Shown here: positions 9,805 through 18,990 of the stretch, piece after piece
How positions within the stretch are numbered: the stretch's first letter is position 1
How the letters are laid out: each line of letters starts with the position of its first letter
Assembly: GCA_032128875.1 (NCBI GenBank)
Contig: JAVLKG010000004.1
Location: forward strand, 416,001-480,000
Direction: 5' to 3'
DNA length: 64,000 bases
DNA from: Candidatus Melainabacteria bacterium 17Bon1m
GTDB taxonomy: Bacteria; Cyanobacteriota; Vampirovibrionia; Obscuribacterales; Obscuribacteraceae
Made by a program: the position numbers and the translations under genes
Notes under the pieces: model-generated
What the model was told of the DNA's origin: nothing
The model's input: the letters and a program-made list of their open reading frames with translations, nothing else
The model's database searches: none

Positions 9805-10034
9805 GTGCGCTCCAGGAAAGCGGTGTGAACTTCCGAAATAGTTCGGAAACCTCGATTATATCCAGCCTTCCAGTCCACCGTCCACTTGCAAAGAGGGATT
9901 CTGTGACGCAAAGACACAAACGCAACTTATCTAAACCGGCAGGGAGGGCTACTGATGTTAGAATTGCCGGTTGGCGTCAAGCTTCAATTTTGTCTTGACT
10001 AGTTTTGGGCAACACAGTTTTACAGGACCGGCAC

Positions 10035-10595
10035 ATGATCTCCAGTAATGATTTTCGACCAGGGGTAACTGTTGAGTGGAACAACGGCGTATGGCAGGTT
10101 GTTGAAGCCATGCACGTCAAACCAGGAAAAGGTTCTGCGTTTGTACGCACAAAGATGAGAAATCTCGAGACGCAAAACGTACTCGAAACGACGTTTAGAG
10201 CAGGCGAAAAACTGCCGCAAGCGATCGTTGAGAAGTCGGAAATGAACTTCGTTTATAAAGCCGGCGAAAATTACGCCATGATGGACACCGTCAGCTACGA
10301 GCAAATCGAGTTGTCGGAAAAGAACATCGGACCTGGCTGCGAATTCTTGAAAGAAGGATGCGAAGGCATCATCGTTATGAAGTACGACAACCGTGTCATC
10401 GGCGTAGACTTGCCGAATACTGTTGAGCTCGAAGTTACTGAAACGGTTCCTGATGAGCGCGGCGATACCTCTTCTGGTGGCGGTAAGCCAGCCACTTTGG
10501 AAACTGGTGCCACCATTCAGGTGCCTTTCCACATCAAGGTCGGCGACAAAATAAAAGTCGATACCAGAAACCGCAAGTACCTTACTCGCGTATAA
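10035..10595 (+). CDS. efp: Elongation factor P
   Basis: MISSNDFRPG start, HVKPGKGSAFVR loop (Lys form), KPATLETG. Confidence 0.97.
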   Translation: MISSNDFRPGVTVEWNNGVWQVVEAMHVKPGKGSAFVRTKMRNLETQNVLETTFRAGEKLPQAIVEKSEMNFVYKAGENYAMMDTVSYEQIELSEKNIGPGCEFLKEGCEGIIVMKYDNRVIGVDLPNTVELEVTETVPDERGDTSSGGGKPATLETGATIQVPFHIKVGDKIKVDTRNRKYLTRV

Positions 10596-10628
10596 ACCTG
10601 CATTTTGACTTAAACAATCGTCCGGACA

Positions 10629-11147
10629 TTGGAAATGAAGATAGACCTAAATCAAATTCGTGAATTGCTCTCCGTTGTAAGCCAGACGGATATTACCGAG
10701 CTGACTCTGGAATTCGGCGACCAGAAAATAACCATCAAGAAAAACGCCGTGCAATTTGCACCGTCGTCGATCATCGCTGAGACACCGATGGCGGCTGCGG
10801 TTGCGCATCATGTGCCAGTCAAGGCGATGTCGTTTGAGCCGGCTCCCGCAGCACAGGCTGCGCCGCCGCCCAAAGCGGAAGAGCCGGTCAGTGCCAACAA
10901 TGGATACGTTGCAGTGACCTCTCCGATGGTCGGCACGTTCTATCGTGCTGCATCACCGACCGCTGCTCCCTTCGTTGATATCGGCGACCGCATCGCTGTA
11001 GGTCAGACCGTTTGCATCATCGAAGCGATGAAGCTGATGAATGATATGCCTGCAGAAGTGTCGGGCAAAATAGTGAAAGTGTGCGTAGACAACGGCACCA
11101 CCGTTGAATACGGGCAGACGCTTTTCCTCGTTGACCCGAAAGGCTAA
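10629..11147 (+). CDS. accB: Acetyl-CoA carboxylase biotin carboxyl carrier protein
   Basis: SPMVGTFY, EAMKLMN biotinylation motif, Ala/Pro linker. Confidence 0.96.
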   Translation: MEMKIDLNQIRELLSVVSQTDITELTLEFGDQKITIKKNAVQFAPSSIIAETPMAAAVAHHVPVKAMSFEPAPAAQAAPPPKAEEPVSANNGYVAVTSPMVGTFYRAASPTAAPFVDIGDRIAVGQTVCIIEAMKLMNDMPAEVSGKIVKVCVDNGTTVEYGQTLFLVDPKG

Positions 11148-11262
11148 GCGAAAGCAGCGCTTGTGCGAAAGCAGCGTGAAAACCAAGACAATATTCGCGG
11201 CACGAAGAAATTCAGCAAAGGCTGATTTGGAAAACCACTAAAACGAACGAAGCGAGCAAGAG

Positions 11263-12621
11263 TTGATCGAAAAGGTTCTAATTGCAAATCGCGGCGAGAT
11301 CGCTCTCAGAGTTATCAGAGCGTGCAGAGAGATGAACGTGCGCACTGTCGCCGTTTATTCACAAGCTGACGCAGAGTCGCTCCACGTAAAACTTGCCGAT
11401 GAATCATTCTGCATCGGACCGCCGCCATCGAATCGCAGCTATCTCCACATTCCTGCGTTGATTTCAACTGCAGTTGTGACCGGTGCTGATGCCATTCACC
11501 CTGGTTATGGTTTTCTTTCAGAGAATGCAAACTTTGCGCAAATCTGCGCAGATCACCGCATCAAATTCATCGGACCTTCGATCACTGCTATCAATTCGAT
11601 GGGTGACAAAGCATCTGCCCGCGAAACAATGCGCGCTGCAAATGTGCCTGTTGTTCCTGGCAGCCAGGGCTTAATCACGCATGATGCTGAGGCGTTCAAA
11701 CTCGCTAACGATATAGGTTTTCCCGTTATCATCAAAGCAACCGCAGGTGGTGGCGGACGCGGAATGCGTGTCGCTCACGATCAAGCTCAACTTGCTCATG
11801 CAATTTCTGCTGCAAGAAGTGAAGCGTCGGCTGCCTTCGGTGACGGTGGCGTATACATCGAAAAATATTTGAAACCGATTCGCCACATTGAAATTCAAGT
11901 GTTGGCTGATTCGCACGGCAATTGCGTCCACCTCGGCGAGCGCGATTGCTCGGTGCAAAGACGTCACCAAAAACTAATTGAAGAGGCACCTAGCCCGGCA
12001 ATCAGTCCTGAAATGAGAAAACAAATGGGTGATGCCGCTGTGCGCGCCGCGTTGCAGATCGGATATGAAGGCGCCGGAACCGTCGAGTTCATATTCGCCA
12101 ACGACAAGTTCTATTTCATGGAAATGAATACTCGTATTCAGGTCGAGCACCCGGTTACTGAGTACATTACCGGTATTGACCTTATTAAAGAACAGATTCG
12201 TGTCGCCAGTGGACACAAGCTGTCCTTCACACAAGAAGACATCAAGTTCACCGGTCACTCCATCGAATGCCGTATCAACGCAGAGGATCCTGACCGCAAC
12301 TTCTTGCCGTCGCCCGGAAAAGTCGATGCCTACATCGCTCCCGGTGGACCCGGCGTGCGTGTCGACAGCCACTGCTATCCCGGATATTCGATTCCCCCTC
12401 ACTACGATTCTCTTTTGAGTAAGCTCATTGTGTGGGGACAAAACCGTCAGGAAGCAATTAACCGTATGCAGCGTGCTCTTGACGAATACGCCATAACTGG
12501 AATCAAGACGACCATACCTTTCCACCAAAAGGTCTTGGCAAACACTCATTTCCAAAATGGCGATGTGTCCACCGACTTCATCGAGAAGCACATGACCCCG
12601 GCGGAAGCTGTCAAGAAGTAA
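11263..12621 (+). CDS. accC: Acetyl-CoA carboxylase biotin carboxylase subunit
   Basis: [39 protein letters not shown]; follows accB. Confidence 0.97.
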   Translation: MIEKVLIANRGEIALRVIRACREMNVRTVAVYSQADAESLHVKLADESFCIGPPPSNRSYLHIPALISTAVVTGADAIHPGYGFLSENANFAQICADHRIKFIGPSITAINSMGDKASARETMRAANVPVVPGSQGLITHDAEAFKLANDIGFPVIIKATAGGGGRGMRVAHDQAQLAHAISAARSEASAAFGDGGVYIEKYLKPIRHIEIQVLADSHGNCVHLGERDCSVQRRHQKLIEEAPSPAISPEMRKQMGDAAVRAALQIGYEGAGTVEFIFANDKFYFMEMNTRIQVEHPVTEYITGIDLIKEQIRVASGHKLSFTQEDIKFTGHSIECRINAEDPDRNFLPSPGKVDAYIAPGGPGVRVDSHCYPGYSIPPHYDSLLSKLIVWGQNRQEAINRMQRALDEYAITGIKTTIPFHQKVLANTHFQNGDVSTDFIEKHMTPAEAVKK

Positions 12622-12746
12622 TTCTTTTCCGGAGTAGTCCACATTGCTGGGTTCAAGCCGGCATCGGGCTTGTTCGTAGAAAACTGCTTAGAATCTGCTC
12701 GAATCCAGAACCCGCTAAAAATCCGAAAGTCCATACAAATCTAAAA

Positions 12747-12775
12747 GCCGCCAAGATGGCGGCGCTCCGGCCTAT
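12747..12775. repeat. REP-like hairpin (GGAGCGCCGCC family)
   Basis: GCCGCCAAGATGGCGGCGCTCCGGCCTAT; its first 22 nt are the exact reverse complement of 25344..25365. Confidence 0.75.
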
Positions 12776-12805
12776 CGTATAAAATAGAGTATCCCAGCCC
12801 GACGT

Positions 12806-12877
12806 GGCTCTATAGCTCAATGGTGGAGCAAGCGACTCATAATCGCCAGGTTACAGGTTCGAATCCTGTTGGAGCCA
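12806..12877 (+). tRNA. tRNA with CAU anticodon, non-initiator (elongator Met or Ile2)
   Basis: Acceptor GGCTCTA/TGGAGCC-A, anticodon arm GCGA-CTCATAA-TCGC, T arm ACAGG-TTCGAAT-CCTGT. The G1-C72 pair and the lack of three consecutive G-C anticodon-stem pairs exclude fMet. Confidence 0.9.
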
Positions 12878-12925
12878 AATTCTTATTCTCTGAATCACAA
12901 TTTCGGAATCACAGAAATTCTGGTG

Positions 12926-14386
12926 ATGAATCAAATCCGCTTTGTCGTCGCTAGCCTATTTCTGCTTTCGCTTTTCCTTATGACTGTTAAGTCGGGAAAT
13001 GGCGCGCAGACTATGCCGCTGCTGATGCCGCAGCACAAAGACAACTATTTCATGGAAACCACTCTGGGACATCCAAGTCTCTGGTTTCCAAAGGACATAC
13101 CGCTTAAGGTTTATCTCAATCCGCCGAAAGGTGTTCAGAACTATCAGCCGTACATGGCAGACATTTTCAAAAACTGCCTCAAAGAGTACGAGAGGGTTTC
13201 CGACGGCAAAATCAGATTTCAAATTGTCGAAAAACCGCCTTTTGATATTCAGGTCAGTTTTTCTTTCAAACTTTTGCCCGGCGCCAGCAGATGGGATTCC
13301 GGCTGGACTACTGTTCAAACCAGCCCGCACCACATTGACAAAGCAAACATAACCATCTTCACTCATACTAAAGCGTGGCTGGAAAAGGACTATTTGCGCG
13401 AAGTCTGTTTGCACGAACTCGGACACGCTTTAGGCATGCACAATCACAGTCCCGATCCGCATGATGTGATGTACAGCAAGTGCATGATTGTTCCGCAAGT
13501 GTTGACCATTCGCGATGTGAATACGCTGGCGCTGTTGTACGACTTTAAGCCATCAGATGTCGTTCTTGCGAATTTGCCGGAATACTGCGATCACATCTCG
13601 ACCGCCGTGCCGCGCCGTTTTTCGCAAGTACAAGCTGACGAATATAGCCAAAAGCTAGCGGAAAAATTGAATCTTGCGAAATGGTTGGCACAAGGAACAC
13701 AACATCGCAGTTGCGATCTTTGTCTCTTGCTCGACGGTAGCGGCAATATCTACAATTATCGAATTACGCGCAGATCTGGTTCTGTTGCGTTTGACAATTC
13801 GATTCTCACAGCGCTTGTAACTTCCATCCCGCTGCCCAAGCCTCCTGATGGAATTCTGTCGAAGGGCCCGAGCGCATCTCGCCGAATAATATTTTCTTTC
13901 ACCGTCGCTTCTGACGGCAAAATCGAAGCACTTCCCGTTTTGGACGATCAAGCAACGGAGATCATCCCCTGCGCGCAGGCCGTCGCTGCATTGCCACTAA
14001 TTTCTGGCCAAGCAACTGCGGTGGACACGTCTACGGCTGCCAGCGTCACGAAAGCAATTCCGGCAGGGCAAACGCCAATCACTGCGCCGAAAGAAACCCC
14101 TCAGCAGCTCGACGACCTCCAGTGGACCGCCAAGGTGAAGCAGCTTGTAAAAGACCGTTGGCAGCCTGACGAGCCTGGCAATGTTGTTCTGGGATTGGGC
14201 GTTAAACAGGATGGCAAAATTGCTCATCTCGTCGTAAAGCAGTCCATTTCCGACGTCGCGTTCATGCGCGCGGCGATGGATGCTTGTCTTGAGGCGGAGC
14301 CATTTCCCGCGCCTCCAGCTCCTGAGAATACGACGGAATTCGTCAAGGAAGTCGAGATCAATTTTGACGGAACTTCGACACCATAA
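12926..14386 (+). CDS. Matrixin-like (metzincin) zinc metalloprotease fused to two TonB/TolA C-terminal-like domains
   Basis: Signal peptide, HELGHALGMHNHS...DVM zinc motif; later LDGSGNI..ITRRSGSVAFD..PLPKPP and VKQDGKI..KQS..AEPFPAPP. Start moved from 12869, which overlaps the tRNA. Confidence 0.8.
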   Translation: MNQIRFVVASLFLLSLFLMTVKSGNGAQTMPLLMPQHKDNYFMETTLGHPSLWFPKDIPLKVYLNPPKGVQNYQPYMADIFKNCLKEYERVSDGKIRFQIVEKPPFDIQVSFSFKLLPGASRWDSGWTTVQTSPHHIDKANITIFTHTKAWLEKDYLREVCLHELGHALGMHNHSPDPHDVMYSKCMIVPQVLTIRDVNTLALLYDFKPSDVVLANLPEYCDHISTAVPRRFSQVQADEYSQKLAEKLNLAKWLAQGTQHRSCDLCLLLDGSGNIYNYRITRRSGSVAFDNSILTALVTSIPLPKPPDGILSKGPSASRRIIFSFTVASDGKIEALPVLDDQATEIIPCAQAVAALPLISGQATAVDTSTAASVTKAIPAGQTPITAPKETPQQLDDLQWTAKVKQLVKDRWQPDEPGNVVLGLGVKQDGKIAHLVVKQSISDVAFMRAAMDACLEAEPFPAPPAPENTTEFVKEVEINFDGTSTP

Positions 14387-14505
14387 CCAAAACCAAAATC
14401 TTTTGCTGGGCCGTCGTTTGCAAGGTTTGACCAGGCGAACTTTGATATAATCACACCGGAGCCCCTTGGAAGCCATGGTATCGTCGGCTTTCTTCGTTCG
14501 TCGGA

Positions 14506-17500
14506 GTGACGATGGGCATCACTACCTGTCCCTCGAATATTCAGCTTGAAGAACTGCTCGGCGGGCAGATCCGTGGTCCGGTCGCGGCTGATTTGGCAGA
14601 ACATATCGACGCCTGTGCTGCTTGTGCTCAAGCGGTTGAAACATTGGCGACGAATTTTTCGGTATCTGGCAAGCAGCCCGAGCCCATCGAGGTAGTAAGT
14701 GATTCTTCTACCAACGCGAGTGTTTCAGCGGCCAAAGAAAATCCTCACGCACCGCGAACATTGTTGTCTCTTGCCAATGCTGACGAAACTCTTTTCGCCA
14801 GTGCACAAGAAGAAGATCTGCTGAAGTTTCTTTTGCCACCACAGCAACCTGACGAACTTGGACGTCTTTCACACTATCGTGTTCTTAAAATTCTCGGCGT
14901 TGGTGGCATGGGTGTTGTTGTGCAGGCAGAGGACACACTGCTCGAGCGTTCCGTGGCATTGAAAGCGATCAAGCCAGAGTACATGAACGACAACAACGTG
15001 CGTCAGCGTTTTCTTCGTGAAGCTCGCCTTATGGCTGCACTCAAGAGCGATCACATCGTGACGATTCACCAGATTGGTGAGGACGCCGGCGTTTGTTTTA
15101 TCGCGATGGAATTGCTCAGTGGCGAATCGCTCGATTACTTGATCGCGCGTGTAGAACGCCCGACCTTGAGCGAGTCAGTTCGTATCGTTAGAGAAGTTGC
15201 GCAGGCTTTAGATGTGGCTCATAGCAAGGGACTTATTCACCGTGATATCAAGCCTGAAAACATCTGGCTCGAGTCTCCGAGCGGGCGTGTGAAATTGCTT
15301 GATTTTGGTCTGGCCCGTCCGCAAGTTGTTAGCGTCAAACTAACGACTAGTGGAATGATAATGGGCACGCCGGCATACATGGCACCTGAGCAAGCACGTG
15401 CCGAAGAAGTAAATGAGCGGACTGATCTTTTTAGCTTGGGTTGTATTCTTTATCAACTGATTTGTGGAGAACTTCCTTTCGGCGGTGAAACCGTTTGGGA
15501 AATTCTTTACGCGCTTAATGAAAAGGATCCAAAACCAGTCACGGATTTTTGGCCCGGCGTTCCTCCCGCTCTCAACGAGCTTGTGATGCAACTCCTGCAG
15601 AAGAATCCGGCGGACAGACCGCAAACCGCGGCTGAAGTGATAGCACGTCTTTTGATTATTGAAGGGGATCTGACTGATGGCGATGGTCCGCTACTGTCCG
15701 TGAAGAAAGTACAGAGCCCTTCGAGTTCTATTTATCAAAATAATCGACCCGGGGCGACCAAGACGCGAACACCTCAGCCCAGCGAATTGCAAATGTCGCA
15801 AATGATTCAAAGAGATGCTGAGCGCAGACAAGTCACTGTCTTGGTCTGCAACTGCAATCTGTTTGAATCAGAAGAGTATTTCGATCAGCTGGATGTTGAA
15901 GAGCAAGCGAGCGTAACACAGGCATTCCAAAGCGCGTGTGCAGAATCGGTGCGAAGATTTGATGGCACCATAATTCATTGCAATGATGAAGGGCTACTGG
16001 CGTGCTTTGGCTTTCCACTTGCCTACGAGGATGCTGCTGTTCGTGCAGCGAACGCCGCTTTGACATTGCGCGAACTCTTGAATCTTATTGCTGATGAATT
16101 GAAACAGAAACACAATCTCGACCTGAGCCCCTGGCTCGGAATTCATACAGGTTTGGCGATTGCACAATCTAAAGAGAGTGGCGTATCGCTTGTAGGCGAG
16201 GCTCGCAATCTCGCTATGCGATTGAAGGAAGTGGCCAACCCCGGACAGATTGTTTGCAGTCAAACGACTCACCTTTTGCTTCGCGGAAAGTTCGATTGCG
16301 CGAATCTTGGTTCTCACAAATTTCGCAGTGTTGCCGAACCTGTCGATCTGTTTTACGTGAAGTCCGAAATCGAAGGTGCGAATTCTGCCGAGATTGCATC
16401 ACCGGTAGAACTGTCACCGCTGACAGGGCGTGACGTCGAAATGAGCCTCTTGAAAGATCGCTGGGAGCAGGCGAAAGACGGAATCGGTCAAGTTGTGACT
16501 TTGACTGGCGAAGCCGGTCTCGGGAAGTCTCGACTTGTGCATGCTTTGAAGCAACTTGTCTATGATGATATGGATGAGCCGTCCCCCGTCTCGTGCCCTT
16601 ATACAAGTGATTCACTTCAGCAAGGGAAACATTCGCCAATCATAGAGTGGCGTTGCTCTCCTCATTTTCAAAATTCAGTGTTTTATCCGGCGGTCAGTTA
16701 TTTTGGACGACTGTTGAACTTTGGGCGTGATACGTCGGATGAAGAAGCCGTAAAACGCTTGATAGAGCATCTTGACTGCTATGGATTAGCGCAACCGGAT
16801 GTGGTGCCAATACTTACTTCACTGCTAAATCTTCCCACTGGCGAAAAATATCCGTCACTCGGTCTTGCACCGGTTCGTGAGCGACAAGAGTTGTTTCGTG
16901 TTTTGAAAGAGTGGTTGCACGCATACTCTGAAAAGCAGCCTGTCTTGTTCATCATAGAAGATCTGCACTGGCTTGATGCGACAACCCTGGAATTTCTCGG
17001 GCAATTTCTAGCAGAAACCGCGCACAGCAAAATTTTGACATTGCTGACATTCAGACCTGAATTTCATCCAGCCTGGCCTACTATGCCACATCTAACTGGC
17101 GTTGGATTAAATAGACTGACGAAAAAACAAGTCGCAGATCTGGTCAAGAAGAAAATCGGCGGAAGTTTGCCTGAGGGTGTCGTCGATCAAGTCTATGATC
17201 GCGCTGGCGGCGTGCCTCTCTTCATTGAAGAGTTCACTAAGATGGTGCAAGATTCCGGGATGCTGGATCGTGCAAATGGAGCTCAATTCAAGTCTATGAT
17301 TAGCCGTGAGATTCCTGCGACATTGCAGGACCTGCTCATGGCTCGTCTCGATAATATGGAAGGCGATCGCGAGCTGGCGCAGCTTGTTTCTGCCATTGGT
17401 CGAGAATTTAGTTTTGAACTTCTCTCGGCAGTGTCTGGTCTGGACGATGCTACTTTGTGTGCAAATCTCGCTAAATTGGTTCAAGCCGAAATTCTCTTTG

Positions 17501-18990
17501 AAAAGGGCAGAGCGCCGAAGTCGACATACTCGTTCAAGCACGCGTTGCTGGAAGATGCTCTCTATAACGCCATGGTGAAGAGTAAGCGCCAGCAGTCTCA
17601 CGCTCGCATAGCGCAGGTTTTGGAGACAAGATTTCCGCAAGTGGTGGCAACCCAGCCAGAACTCCTCGCGCACCACTTTACCGAAGGTGGTCTGACTGAA
17701 CGCTCTTTGAACTACTGGCTAGCTGCGGGGTTGAGAGCTCAAGAGCAGTGCGCGAATTTCGAAGCTATCAATCACCTCACCAAAGGACTGAGCCTTTTAG
17801 AGACCTGTGTTGAATCAGAAGAGCGCGATGAAATCGAGCTGATGATGCTTACTCCGCTTGGTGCAATTTATCAGGCGGCACTTGGCTATGCTGCAGAAGA
17901 AGTTGGTGCGACATTCGCGCGCGCAAAACAGCTTTGCAGGCGCGTGGGTGAGACGCCTCAACTGTTTTCTATTATGTGGGGAAACTGGAGCTGGCATCTA
18001 GTACGTGGCGAGCTACCTCTCGCGTTAGAACTGGCAGAAGATATGGTGACTTTCGCAGAGAATGTGCCTGATATCGGGATCATGATGGAAGCATACGTCG
18101 CACCTGCATGCACGCTCTTTTATCTGGGTGACTTTGATGGATGTCGCAATTGGTGCCTTGAAGCAATCGACAAACACGAAAACCAAGAGCATTGCCGCAT
18201 CTGGTCTACGATGACAGGGCAGAATTCAGCCTTGCATATTCGAACTTATTTGATGCTCGCACTTTATCATCTTGGGTATTCTGACAAAGCACTGAAGTTG
18301 CACGAAGAGTTGATTGCTATGGCGCGTGAAATTGGGCACCCTTTCAGCCTTGCGCACGCTTTGCATTTTAGTGGATGGTTACTCCTGAATTGCCGTAAGG
18401 CGGAATCGCTCTACGCCTCCGGCAAGGAAGAACTGAGTATTGCTACGGAGCAGGGTTTTGCTCTCTGGGAATCAACCGGCACTTTCTTTATGGGCGCTGG
18501 ATTGTTTTTGCAAGGGAAATTGGAAGAAGCGATTCAGTTGATGGAAAAGGGCGTTCGGTCATTTAGATCAATAGGCTCGTTCTTAACTCTTCCCGGTCAG
18601 TTGGGTGTCTTGAGTGAAGTGTATTTGAGTGCAGGAATGCTCGACAAAGCTCGCATGGCACTTGACGAAGGTTTGGAGTTGGCGAAAGGAAATAGCGATA
18701 GAAGCCGGCTTGCGGATTTACAGCGCTTGAATGGTGAATTGACTCTGCTCGAAACGGGCGATACTGACGTGGCAGAGCAATGCTTCCATGATTCTGTCGA
18801 AACAGCCTGCAAACAGCAAAGCCGTATTATGGCTTTGCGTGCAACAACAAGTTTGGCTCGATTGTGGAAGCAGCAAGGAAAAGTAGATGAGGCAAAGAAA
18901 GCCCTTTCTACCATTTACAGTGCTTTTGAAGAAGGTTTTGACGCCGAAGATCTCCGCTGCGCTAAAGAGCTGTTGAATGAATTGAGCTAG
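14506..18990 (+). CDS. Ser/Thr protein kinase - class III cyclase-like - AAA/STAND ATPase - TPR fusion protein
   Basis: HxxxCxxC zinc motif; GVGGMG, VALK, HRDIKPEN, DFG, APE kinase motifs; AERRQVTVL..GIHTG cyclase fold; GEAGLGKS Walker A; IEDLHWLD Walker B; helical C-terminus. Confidence 0.92.
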   Translation: MTMGITTCPSNIQLEELLGGQIRGPVAADLAEHIDACAACAQAVETLATNFSVSGKQPEPIEVVSDSSTNASVSAAKENPHAPRTLLSLANADETLFASAQEEDLLKFLLPPQQPDELGRLSHYRVLKILGVGGMGVVVQAEDTLLERSVALKAIKPEYMNDNNVRQRFLREARLMAALKSDHIVTIHQIGEDAGVCFIAMELLSGESLDYLIARVERPTLSESVRIVREVAQALDVAHSKGLIHRDIKPENIWLESPSGRVKLLDFGLARPQVVSVKLTTSGMIMGTPAYMAPEQARAEEVNERTDLFSLGCILYQLICGELPFGGETVWEILYALNEKDPKPVTDFWPGVPPALNELVMQLLQKNPADRPQTAAEVIARLLIIEGDLTDGDGPLLSVKKVQSPSSSIYQNNRPGATKTRTPQPSELQMSQMIQRDAERRQVTVLVCNCNLFESEEYFDQLDVEEQASVTQAFQSACAESVRRFDGTIIHCNDEGLLACFGFPLAYEDAAVRAANAALTLRELLNLIADELKQKHNLDLSPWLGIHTGLAIAQSKESGVSLVGEARNLAMRLKEVANPGQIVCSQTTHLLLRGKFDCANLGSHKFRSVAEPVDLFYVKSEIEGANSAEIASPVELSPLTGRDVEMSLLKDRWEQAKDGIGQVVTLTGEAGLGKSRLVHALKQLVYDDMDEPSPVSCPYTSDSLQQGKHSPIIEWRCSPHFQNSVFYPAVSYFGRLLNFGRDTSDEEAVKRLIEHLDCYGLAQPDVVPILTSLLNLPTGEKYPSLGLAPVRERQELFRVLKEWLHAYSEKQPVLFIIEDLHWLDATTLEFLGQFLAETAHSKILTLLTFRPEFHPAWPTMPHLTGVGLNRLTKKQVADLVKKKIGGSLPEGVVDQVYDRAGGVPLFIEEFTKMVQDSGMLDRANGAQFKSMISREIPATLQDLLMARLDNMEGDRELAQLVSAIGREFSFELLSAVSGLDDATLCANLAKLVQAEILFEKGRAPKSTYSFKHALLEDALYNAMVKSKRQQSHARIAQVLETRFPQVVATQPELLAHHFTEGGLTERSLNYWLAAGLRAQEQCANFEAINHLTKGLSLLETCVESEERDEIELMMLTPLGAIYQAALGYAAEEVGATFARAKQLCRRVGETPQLFSIMWGNWSWHLVRGELPLALELAEDMVTFAENVPDIGIMMEAYVAPACTLFYLGDFDGCRNWCLEAIDKHENQEHCRIWSTMTGQNSALHIRTYLMLALYHLGYSDKALKLHEELIAMAREIGHPFSLAHALHFSGWLLLNCRKAESLYASGKEELSIATEQGFALWESTGTFFMGAGLFLQGKLEEAIQLMEKGVRSFRSIGSFLTLPGQLGVLSEVYLSAGMLDKARMALDEGLELAKGNSDRSRLADLQRLNGELTLLETGDTDVAEQCFHDSVETACKQQSRIMALRATTSLARLWKQQGKVDEAKKALSTIYSAFEEGFDAEDLRCAKELLNELS

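Noticed and set aside
11974-12642. Long antisense ORFs (222 aa opposite accC; others opposite efp, bamA and 22880..25333)
   Set aside because: These are shadow frames of well-supported genes, with no recognisable motifs.
12869-12925. ORF-track start of the matrixin gene
   Set aside because: It overlaps the tRNA 3' end; ATG12926 gives a normal signal peptide.
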